Shown here: one piece after another, positions 16,613-24,281 of the stretch
How positions within the stretch are numbered: the stretch's first letter is position 1
Layout: every line of letters begins with the position of its first letter
Assembly (NCBI GenBank): GCA_964594025.1
Contig: CAZQLC010000003.1
Coordinates: 1 to 28,872 of the forward strand
Length of the DNA stretch: 28,872 bases
Origin: an uncultured Methanosarcinales archaeon
GTDB lineage: Archaea > Nanobdellota > Nanobdellia > Woesearchaeales > UBA9642
Reading direction: 5' to 3'
The notes under the pieces: generated by a model
Database searches by the model: none
Seen by the model: the letters and a program-made list of their open reading frames with translations, nothing else
Told to the model about the DNA's origin: nothing
Translations under genes and position numbers: made by a program

Positions 16613-17818
16613 TTAATTCAGACCACAGCCGCTTATCCTTGATAAGTCATCAAGTGTCTGCTCGCCTTTGTATATCTCATTATTTATAATCCATGTGGGA
16701 TATCCCTTTACATTGGCATCATCACAAACTTCTTTCTGTATCTGCGGGTTTTCCTCGACCTTGCAATCAACAAACTGAAGGTATCTGTCAAAGAATCCCT
16801 CAAACATCTCTATCTGGTCTACGTTGTTTTTGTCATAGACATATAAGACAGCCCCTTTCTCTGCGAGACATTCTGCAAATCCTGCTAAATCCTCAGCTTC
16901 TGTCTCCTCTGTTGTTTCTTCCGCAGGTTCCTCTTCTACTATAATCTCCTCCCCGAATTCTTCAGCAGTTTCATTGGTTATGTTTTCTTCTGTGGTTATG
17001 TTTTCAAAACTGACATTAACCACTGTGATGTTCTCTTCAGCAGTTTCATTTATCAGAGTTTCATCAGCTATGGTTTCATTTTCTGTGATATTCACTATTT
17101 CATAGCCGGCAGTTTCATCTTCAAGATAAATCTCAATATCTGCTTTTTCCCTTAATTTATTTATGAATTCTGTAATTGCCTGCTGCTGTTTCTGGGACTC
17201 GATGAACATTTTTATGTTTTCAGAAACATTTTCATAAGATACATTAAACAAGTCTGAATTCTGGTTATAATACTCCTCTGCTTCCTCATCAGTAACATTG
17301 ATATCCTTTAAGACTTCTGAAAACAGCTTATCGATAAGTATTTTCTTTGTATATACCTCCCTGAAATCATCCATTGTCATCCCTTCCTCATCCAATGCAT
17401 CTTGCAATTCTGTAAGGTTCATCAGGTTGTTGATCATAAAAAGGTATATGGTAGTATTAAGTTCCTGCTCACTGACAGTCATATTCCTGGAATATGCCTC
17501 TTCAATAAACAGCTGCTGGTTGATTAACTCATCAAGCAGCCCTTTTTTCCCCAATAATGACTGGTATATGGGTGAAAGCCTTCCATAACTCTCATCCAAC
17601 TCCTGCATTGTAATCTCCCTTCCGTTAACTCTCGCAGCCAGTTCTTCTTTTGTTAAAGGCAGGTTAAGGTTAAGTATAACTATTGCTACAGCAGCAATAA
17701 CCAGAACACCTGTAAGAATAAAAAGCCATGTCTTATCTTTTTTTCCGGGATTATTTTTTCTGGATTTATTTCCGTTCTTTTTTCCATTCTTAGATTTTTT
17801 TCTTTTATTATTAGCCAT
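16613..17818 (-). CDS. Membrane-anchored SurA/PrsA N-terminal-domain protein with a sequon-rich acidic stalk and a C-terminal thioredoxin-like domain
   Basis: Basic N-tail plus one TM helix. AARVNGREITMQEL...LDELINQQLFIEEA...VSEQEL matches SurA-N. The C-terminus FAECLAEKGAVLY...VDC...C...VKGYPTWIIN...GEQTLDDLSRISGC resembles the thioredoxin-like domain seen with VKOR. GGTG RBS present. Confidence 0.75.
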   Translation of the reverse strand: MANNKRKKSKNGKKNGNKSRKNNPGKKDKTWLFILTGVLVIAAVAIVILNLNLPLTKEELAARVNGREITMQELDESYGRLSPIYQSLLGKKGLLDELINQQLFIEEAYSRNMTVSEQELNTTIYLFMINNLMNLTELQDALDEEGMTMDDFREVYTKKILIDKLFSEVLKDINVTDEEAEEYYNQNSDLFNVSYENVSENIKMFIESQKQQQAITEFINKLREKADIEIYLEDETAGYEIVNITENETIADETLINETAEENITVVNVSFENITTEENITNETAEEFGEEIIVEEEPAEETTEETEAEDLAGFAECLAEKGAVLYVYDKNNVDQIEMFEGFFDRYLQFVDCKVEENPQIQKEVCDDANVKGYPTWIINNEIYKGEQTLDDLSRISGCGLN

Positions 17819-17916
17819 TTTACCACCTTTTTTAAAAATTAAATTAATAATAATCCCAGAAATGAATCTGAGATGTGTTCAACACACCTCTTTTTGAAAA
17901 CATTAAGCACACAAGA

Positions 17917-17930
17917 TATATAAATTTTTT
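17917..17930 (-). promoter_or_regulatory. BRE/TATA promoter for the SurA-like gene
   Basis: Minus strand AAAAAA-TTTATATA (TATA 17917-17924). Confidence 0.55.
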
Positions 17931-17987
17931 GATTTTAACAGGGGCTTTGGTAACCGCAATATGGGTTTTTCATTAAAGCCATTTTTA

Positions 17988-18003
17988 AGAAAACCTTTAT
18001 ATA
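17988..18003 (+). promoter_or_regulatory. BRE/TATA promoter for the 116 aa ORF
   Basis: AGAAAACC-TTTATATA, about 40 nt upstream of the ATG, with an AGGAG RBS-like sequence in between. Confidence 0.6.
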
Positions 18004-18042
18004 TAAGTTAACTATTATTCAATAGGAACAAGGAGTTATGAT

Positions 18043-18393
18043 ATGAAAGATATTTTAGGAGATATAAAGAAATTGGCTGAATATGATTATAAACCAAGCC
18101 AAGAGGAAATGGAAATTGGAAATCCTAAAGTAATAGAATATAATAGAATTTATAATAGCCTTCTTAGAAAAATTTCAGATTGCGATCCAGAAGAAATAAT
18201 AGAGTTTTTGATAGATTTTGAAAAAGAAGATGCTCATTTATATAGAGAAATGGAAGCAGAAATATCTAGTCTAAGAAGAGAGATTACTGGGTATAAATTA
18301 AAAAGTAAAGAAGAAATAGGTAATTTAGTAGATAAAATAAAAAAAAGAATCAATTCATCAATAACTAAATTCTCTTTAGAATGTTTAAAATAA
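18043..18393 (+). CDS. Hypothetical small charged helical protein
   Basis: 116 aa ORF with its own TATA box and RBS. No recognisable motif. Confidence 0.65.
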   Translation: MKDILGDIKKLAEYDYKPSQEEMEIGNPKVIEYNRIYNSLLRKISDCDPEEIIEFLIDFEKEDAHLYREMEAEISSLRREITGYKLKSKEEIGNLVDKIKKRINSSITKFSLECLK

Positions 18394-18519
18394 ACTTTGA
18401 AAACCTTATTTTTCTAATAAAAATAATAAACAAAGTTATAAAAATTTATTACTTTAATTTCTCTTCAAACGATTTTAACAAGAAAACATTTAAAAACCAA
18501 AAGTGTTTTTTATTTCCTT

Positions 18520-21150
18520 ATGACAGATTTCAAAAAGACAGAAAAGAAATGGCAGGACAGATGGGATAAGAAGAAATTATTTCAGGTTAAGAAAGACAAA
18601 AACAAAAAAAAGTACTATGTTCTCGTAATGTTCCCCTACCCATCAGGCTCCGGACTGCACATGGGTCATGCATTTAATTATATTGTGGGGGATATAATCT
18701 CAAGGTTCAAAAAGATGCAGGGTTATAATGTTTTACACCCTATGGGATATGATTCTTTGGGGTTACCGGCGGAAAATGCAGCCATAAAACAAAAAGAGCA
18801 CCCCAGAAAATATACTGAAAAGGCAATAAAGAATTTCATGGTCCAGCAGAAATCCCTTGGGATTAGTTATGACTGGTCAAGAACTGTTGAGACACATTCC
18901 CCTGAATATTATAAATGGGACCAGTGGATTTTTCTTAAAATGTTTGAAAAAGGCATAGCTTTCCAGAAGGAATCACCCGTTAACTGGTGCCCCAAATGCA
19001 GGACAGTATTGGCTAATGAGCAGGTCCATAACGGAAAATGCTGGAGGCATGAGGATACAAATGTCGAGATAAAGCAGCTGAAACAATGGTTCTTCAGGAT
19101 AACTGACTATGCTGATGAATTATATGAAAGCATCGATTCCCTGAAAGGATGGCCTGAAAGAACAAAGGCAATGCAAAAAAACTGGATCGGGAAAAGCCAT
19201 GGAACTGAGATAGATTTTGAGATTGGAAATAAAAAATGGAAAATATTCACAACCCGCCCTGACACAATTTATGGAGTCACATTCATGGTTGTCTCTGCAC
19301 AGCATCCTGAACTTTCTGAGCTGGTTACAAAAGAGCAGGAAAAAGAAGTTGAGAAATTCCTTAAAAAACTAAAATCAGTAAGTGAAAAAGAGATGGAGGA
19401 GATGGAAAAAGAAGGTGTTTTCACAGGCTCGTATGCTGTTAACCCAATGACAAATGAAAAAATCCCGGTTTACGCAGGTAACTTTGTCCTTGCTGATTAT
19501 GGCTCCGGAATGGTAATGGCTGTCCCTGCACATGACCAGAGGGATTTTGAATTCGCTAAAAAATACAATATCCCTGTAAAAATAGTCATACAGCCTGATG
19601 CATATGACATAAACCCTGAAAAGATGTCAAGAGCCTATACAGGAAACGGCAGAATGGCCAATTCAGGGAAATTCAATAATTTGCCGAATACAATTGCAAT
19701 TAATAATATTACTAAATATTTAAAAGAAAAAAACAAGGGAAGAAAAACAACCCAGTATAAATTAAGGGACTGGTGTATCTCAAGGCAGAGGTACTGGGGA
19801 ACCCCTATACCTATAATATACTGTGATAAATGCGGTGTTGTTCCTGTTCCTGAAAAAGAATTACCTGTTAAACTGCCTGAAAAAGTAAAATTCGGAAAAG
19901 GGAACCCTCTGGAAACAAATAAGGATTTTGTAAATGTAAGATGCCCTAAATGCAACAGGAATGCAAAAAGGGAAACTGACACCATGGATACTTTTGTGAA
20001 TTCATCATGGTATTTTCTGAGGTATTGTGACCCGAACAATGACAAAAAAATATTTGATAAAGACAAAGTAAAATACTGGATGCCTGTTGACCAGTATATA
20101 GGCGGGGCAGAGCATACCTGCATGCACCTGATTTATTTCAGATTTTACACTAAATTCTTAAGGGACATTAGACTTATTAATATAGATGAGCCTGCACTAA
20201 AACTATTCCACCAGGGAATGCTTCACGGGCCTGATGGAAAGGTCATGTCAAAAAGCAGGGGTAATGTTGTCCTTCCGAAAGAAGTCTCTGAAAAATACGG
20301 CATAGACACTGCAAGGCTGTTCCTTGTTTCAATAGGCTCCCCTGACAAGGACCGGGTATGGAATGAAAAAGGAATCCAAAGCAGCCTTAAGTTCATTGAA
20401 AAGGTATATGATTTTGTAAAGAATTTCAAAGGGAAAAAATCCCCCCATATAATTGAATCAAAAATTCATAAAACCATAAAGACAGTTACTGATAATATAG
20501 AGCAGTTCAGATATAATCTTGCTGTGATAAAACTAAGGAAATTATTTGAGAGTATTTATGAAGAAAAACAGATAAGCAGGAAAGACATTGAAAGCTTCCT
20601 GAAAATGCTTGCCCCATTCTGCCCCCATATATGTGAGGAATTATGGGAAAAACTCGGCAATAAAGGCTTTATTTCTGAAGCAGAATGGCCTGAATATGAT
20701 AATAAAAAAATAGATGAAAAAGCCCTGTATTCAGAAGATTTTATGGAAACAGTAAGAGATGATATCGTAAGCATAATGGAAATCACAAAAAAAGGAAGAA
20801 AAGATATATCTAAAATCAGCATATATATAGCAGACGAATGGAAATATAAATTATATAAAGAGATAAAAAAAGCTATGGAAAAGACTCAGGACATCAATGG
20901 AATAATGAAGATGGTAATGAAAACAGAATTCAGGAAATACGGCAAGTATATTTCCAAAAACCTGAAAACAATGGTAAAACAGATGCCTTCTATAGTAACT
21001 TCAGCAAAAGAAGAGAAAAAAGAGATTGAAAATGCATTTAAAAAAATCATTGATTTTAAATGTAACGTAATTATAAAGGATGAAAAGGAAGCAGATGAAA
21101 AAACAAACAAAAGGTCTCTTCCCGGAAAGCCTGCTATTGTCATTGAATAA
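18520..21150 (+). CDS. leuS: Leucine-tRNA ligase, bacterial-type core with an archaeal-type C-terminal domain
   Basis: MFPYPSGSGLHMGH (HIGH), FTTRPDT and AVPAHDQRD (editing domain), RDWCISRQRYWGTPIP, and VMSKSRGN (KMSKS). Ends IYIADEWKY...SLPGKPAIVIE. Confidence 0.95.
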   Translation: MTDFKKTEKKWQDRWDKKKLFQVKKDKNKKKYYVLVMFPYPSGSGLHMGHAFNYIVGDIISRFKKMQGYNVLHPMGYDSLGLPAENAAIKQKEHPRKYTEKAIKNFMVQQKSLGISYDWSRTVETHSPEYYKWDQWIFLKMFEKGIAFQKESPVNWCPKCRTVLANEQVHNGKCWRHEDTNVEIKQLKQWFFRITDYADELYESIDSLKGWPERTKAMQKNWIGKSHGTEIDFEIGNKKWKIFTTRPDTIYGVTFMVVSAQHPELSELVTKEQEKEVEKFLKKLKSVSEKEMEEMEKEGVFTGSYAVNPMTNEKIPVYAGNFVLADYGSGMVMAVPAHDQRDFEFAKKYNIPVKIVIQPDAYDINPEKMSRAYTGNGRMANSGKFNNLPNTIAINNITKYLKEKNKGRKTTQYKLRDWCISRQRYWGTPIPIIYCDKCGVVPVPEKELPVKLPEKVKFGKGNPLETNKDFVNVRCPKCNRNAKRETDTMDTFVNSSWYFLRYCDPNNDKKIFDKDKVKYWMPVDQYIGGAEHTCMHLIYFRFYTKFLRDIRLINIDEPALKLFHQGMLHGPDGKVMSKSRGNVVLPKEVSEKYGIDTARLFLVSIGSPDKDRVWNEKGIQSSLKFIEKVYDFVKNFKGKKSPHIIESKIHKTIKTVTDNIEQFRYNLAVIKLRKLFESIYEEKQISRKDIESFLKMLAPFCPHICEELWEKLGNKGFISEAEWPEYDNKKIDEKALYSEDFMETVRDDIVSIMEITKKGRKDISKISIYIADEWKYKLYKEIKKAMEKTQDINGIMKMVMKTEFRKYGKYISKNLKTMVKQMPSIVTSAKEEKKEIENAFKKIIDFKCNVIIKDEKEADEKTNKRSLPGKPAIVIE

Positions 21151-21189
21151 AATCTAAAAAATATATTCTGGTTTATTTATGTATTAATA

Positions 21190-21203
21190 AAAAAATTTAT
21201 AAA
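21190..21203 (+). promoter_or_regulatory. BRE/TATA promoter, probably giving a leaderless pilin mRNA
   Basis: AAAAAA-TTTATAAA (TATA 21196-21203), 21 nt before the ATG at 21225. No RBS visible. Confidence 0.55.
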
Positions 21204-21224
21204 CAATTAATAGTTTAATATAAC

Positions 21225-21683
21225 ATGAACAAAAAGGGGATATCTCCGTTAATAGCTACTGTATTGCTTATATCATTCAGCGTAGCTTTAGGCACGATGG
21301 TCATGAGCATAGGGAGGCAGGTTGCAGACACTAGGGGGGAATGCGAGGGAGTTATTCTTGAGATACAGCAGCTGAATAATAAAGCTGTTTTATGTTATAA
21401 CAGTTTTGAATCCAGAATAAATATAATCCTTAAAAATGTGGGGAGTACTGAAGTAAACGGGCTGAAGATGAGGATAATAGATAGTGATGAAAAGATAAAA
21501 GAAGTAAATATCTCAAACTCAAAGATACTGGTGGGGGGAATATTCAAAAGAGATATACCTTATGACAATGGAAAAGGATTTTACATTGAGTTTATACCTT
21601 CTGTGATGGAAGAAACCGGAGAGGTTATATACTGCCCTGGAAAAAGCGTTTCCATTGACGGAGTTCCGTTATGTTCTGTTTGA
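21225..21683 (+). CDS. Archaeal type IV pilin-like protein (class III signal peptide)
   Basis: MNKKG/ISPLIATVLLISFSVALGTMVM is a canonical PibD cleavage site followed by a hydrophobic helix. Four Cys in the globular domain. Confidence 0.85.
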   Translation: MNKKGISPLIATVLLISFSVALGTMVMSIGRQVADTRGECEGVILEIQQLNNKAVLCYNSFESRINIILKNVGSTEVNGLKMRIIDSDEKIKEVNISNSKILVGGIFKRDIPYDNGKGFYIEFIPSVMEETGEVIYCPGKSVSIDGVPLCSV

Positions 21684-21691
21684 GAATATAA

Positions 21692-22693
21692 TTATTTATA
21701 GATAAATTCCTTTAATCCCTTGTTTTCATTTCTTAATTTTTTCAGAGATATTTCTTTGATCTGATTTACCCTTTCTCTTGTTATGTTAAATAATATTCCT
21801 ATTTCTTCCAGAGTATGCTCTCTTTTGCCGTTTAAACCATAATAAAACTCAAGAATATTTCTGTCCCTGCCTTTAAATTCCCCCCTTGATTCTAATTTAT
21901 CCAAGGCTTTTGAAAGTTCATCGTGAAGCCTGTTTTTCCTGTAATCATCTTCAGGCATACTTTCTTTACTAGGAATAAGCTCGCTCCTTTCATCTCCTTC
22001 TTCATTAAAAGGAGATGATTCATCAAGTGAAACAAATTCTGTGAATGCTGATTTTAAAGTATATTGACTATATCTTAAATCAAGCAGTTCATTGATCTCA
22101 TCCAGAGTGGGCTTATAGCCATACTTATTCATAAACTTCTTCTCTGCTTTTTTAACTAAACTTATAGAATATGAAAGATTAGCAGGCATCCTGATTGTTC
22201 CAATCATTTCAGATATGTGCCTATAAATTCCTGATTTTAGCCAGAAATCTGCATAGGAAATAAATTTTATCTCTTTATCTTTATTATTATTCCTGAATTC
22301 CTTACAATAATACTTTTCCGCAGCTGTTAAAACCTTCTCTAATCCTGCCTGTATCATGTCCTCCTCCTGCAAGGATTCCGTAGAACTGAACTTAAAATAA
22401 ATACTCCTTGCTGAACTTATGAAAAAAGGAATATTGCGACTGACAAGTATGTTCTTTGATAATGTCCTTATATATTCTTCTGGAACAATTCCGTTTTCTG
22501 CTTTTTCTTTAAGTTCATATTTTTCAAGAGTTGAAATCTTGGGGATTTTTTTAATGGCTGTTTTAAGCTTTTTATATCTTCTAGGATTATCCCTTATATA
22601 AGCTAACTTAATCTCCTCTTTTGGCTCTAATTGCTCCACATTTTTAAGATTGCCGTCCTTAAAATCCTTGGGAACTAAATCATAATATACCAT
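21692..22693 (-). CDS. Sigma-70 family (RpoD/SigA-like) protein
   Basis: Region 1.2-like KIPKISTLEKYELKEKAENG; 2.1 LVSRNIPFFISSARS; 2.2 EDMIQAG; 2.3/2.4 KFISYADFWLKSGIYRHISEMIGTIRMP; region 3 YGYKPTLDEINELL...VSLDE; region 4 RDRNILEFYYGL...HTLEEIGILFNITRERVNQIKEISLKKLR. Confidence 0.9.
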   Translation of the reverse strand: MVYYDLVPKDFKDGNLKNVEQLEPKEEIKLAYIRDNPRRYKKLKTAIKKIPKISTLEKYELKEKAENGIVPEEYIRTLSKNILVSRNIPFFISSARSIYFKFSSTESLQEEDMIQAGLEKVLTAAEKYYCKEFRNNNKDKEIKFISYADFWLKSGIYRHISEMIGTIRMPANLSYSISLVKKAEKKFMNKYGYKPTLDEINELLDLRYSQYTLKSAFTEFVSLDESSPFNEEGDERSELIPSKESMPEDDYRKNRLHDELSKALDKLESRGEFKGRDRNILEFYYGLNGKREHTLEEIGILFNITRERVNQIKEISLKKLRNENKGLKEFIYK

Positions 22694-22800
22694 TTTTTCA
22701 TATAATCTTTACTATCTAAAAGTAATAATAACTAAAATATTTAAATATCTTTCCCTTTTAGCAGAATATATATAAATAACAAATTATTAAACAATAAAAA

Positions 22801-23595
22801 ATGAGAATAAATATCAAGTTTACAAAATCCCTGGAAGAGAATGCCTCATATTATTTTGAAAAGTCTAAAAGAGCAAAACAGAAATTAGAGAAGACCAAAA
22901 AGGCACTGAGGGATACAAAGAAAAAGCTGGAAAAAGCAGAAAGAATTACCAAAGAAGAGATAAAAGAGGAAACAAAGAAAAAGAAACTGAAAAAAGTCAT
23001 AAAAAAGAAAAAATGGTACGAGAGTTTCAGGTGGTTCATATCATCAGATGATTTTCTTATAGTCGGGGGAAGGGATGCAACTTCAAACGAAATTATAGTT
23101 AAAAAACATGCATCCGGAAATGACCTGGTGTTTCATACACAGATGGCAGGAAGCCCTTTTGTTGTTATAAAAAATCCCCTGAATAAAGAAATACCTGATT
23201 CAACAATACAGCAGGCTGCTGATTTTTGTGTAAGCTTCAGCAAAGCATGGGGCGAAGGATTACAGACTTCCGAAGTATATTATATAAAACCAGAACAGGT
23301 TTCTAAAAAAGCAAAATCAGGAGAATATCTTGGAAAAGGGGCATTCATGATTTACGGTGAAAGAAATTATCTTAATGGTAAACTTAATGTTGCTGCAGGG
23401 AATTATAAAGGAAATACCATGTCCGGGCCTGTTGAGGCAATTGAAAAACACTGTAATAAATATATAATTCTGAAAAAAGGAAAAGAGAAGAAAAGCGAGC
23501 TTGCAAAGAAAATAAGGCATCTGCTTGATTTAAATGATCTTGATGAAATAATAAGGTTCATACCAAAAGAAGCTGAGATTGAAGAAGTAATTTAG
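22801..23595 (+). CDS. NFACT RNA-binding-domain (DUF814) protein, short Rqc2/NEMF-related form
   Basis: SLEENASYYFEKSKRAKQK coiled coil, then KWYESFRWFISSDDFLIVGGRDATSNEIIVKKH...FHTQMAGSP...GEYLGKGAFMIYGERNY. Confidence 0.88.
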   Translation: MRINIKFTKSLEENASYYFEKSKRAKQKLEKTKKALRDTKKKLEKAERITKEEIKEETKKKKLKKVIKKKKWYESFRWFISSDDFLIVGGRDATSNEIIVKKHASGNDLVFHTQMAGSPFVVIKNPLNKEIPDSTIQQAADFCVSFSKAWGEGLQTSEVYYIKPEQVSKKAKSGEYLGKGAFMIYGERNYLNGKLNVAAGNYKGNTMSGPVEAIEKHCNKYIILKKGKEKKSELAKKIRHLLDLNDLDEIIRFIPKEAEIEEVI

Positions 23596-23600
23596 TAATA

Positions 23601-24281
23601 TTATTTACATTCCTCAATATCCCCGTAATAAGAGCAGACTTTTTCAACTATTTTTTCTTTTGTGGTAAATGCAGGAAACTTCTCATCCTCAATAATCAAT
23701 GTAGGGTACTGGGTAATATTATACTGCTGCTTAAGAAGATCAACCATGGGCTCATTTAACTGCTCATCTATGGGAAAATTTAATAATTTTTCACCAAAGT
23801 ATTTTTTCAGATATGTAAGCACAAATTCCTGCTTCTCACACATAGGGCATTTTTCATCATCTGAATAAAAATAAAGTATGCTCACTCCCTTATGGCCGCA
23901 GACATCTTTTACTTCCTTTGCAAGCAGCCAGTAATTTATCTGTTCAAGGGTGTATTTCCTTTTCAATAACCCAAACCTTTCATCATTTATCTTGCTGTCT
24001 TTTTCATAATTAACCAGCTTTACTCTTGTCTTTTCCAGCTCCACAAGGTTTTTCTCCAATGAGGAATAAAGAACAGAGCACGGCAGGTCTTCTTTTAACC
24101 CGAGAAGGTATTTATATTGTAATTGTGAAGAGCTCAGCTCAACTTCATGCTCCTCATACATTGATTCAACATAATAAGTTCTCTGGCCTTCTATAATCAA
24201 CCCCAGGGATAAACCAAGGGCAAATATGAATAAGGTAATGATTCCTGCTGCTATATATCTTTTCCAGCTGAATTCTACCAT
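23601..24281 (-). CDS. Membrane-anchored protein with a C-terminal thioredoxin-like domain
   Basis: N-terminal TM helix, helical middle region, YFYS...CPMC motif and the YPTLII cis-Pro loop. Confidence 0.7.
   Translation of the reverse strand: MVEFSWKRYIAAGIITLFIFALGLSLGLIIEGQRTYYVESMYEEHEVELSSSQLQYKYLLGLKEDLPCSVLYSSLEKNLVELEKTRVKLVNYEKDSKINDERFGLLKRKYTLEQINYWLLAKEVKDVCGHKGVSILYFYSDDEKCPMCEKQEFVLTYLKKYFGEKLLNFPIDEQLNEPMVDLLKQQYNITQYPTLIIEDEKFPAFTTKEKIVEKVCSYYGDIEECK

Noticed and set aside
21692-22693. The whole window being bacterial (e.g. CPR) because of the sigma factor and LeuRS
   Set aside because: Archaeal DnaG, archaeal RNase J, the class III pilin signal, the archaeal NFACT form and BRE/TATA promoters dominate. 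A local misassembly still needs a read-level check.
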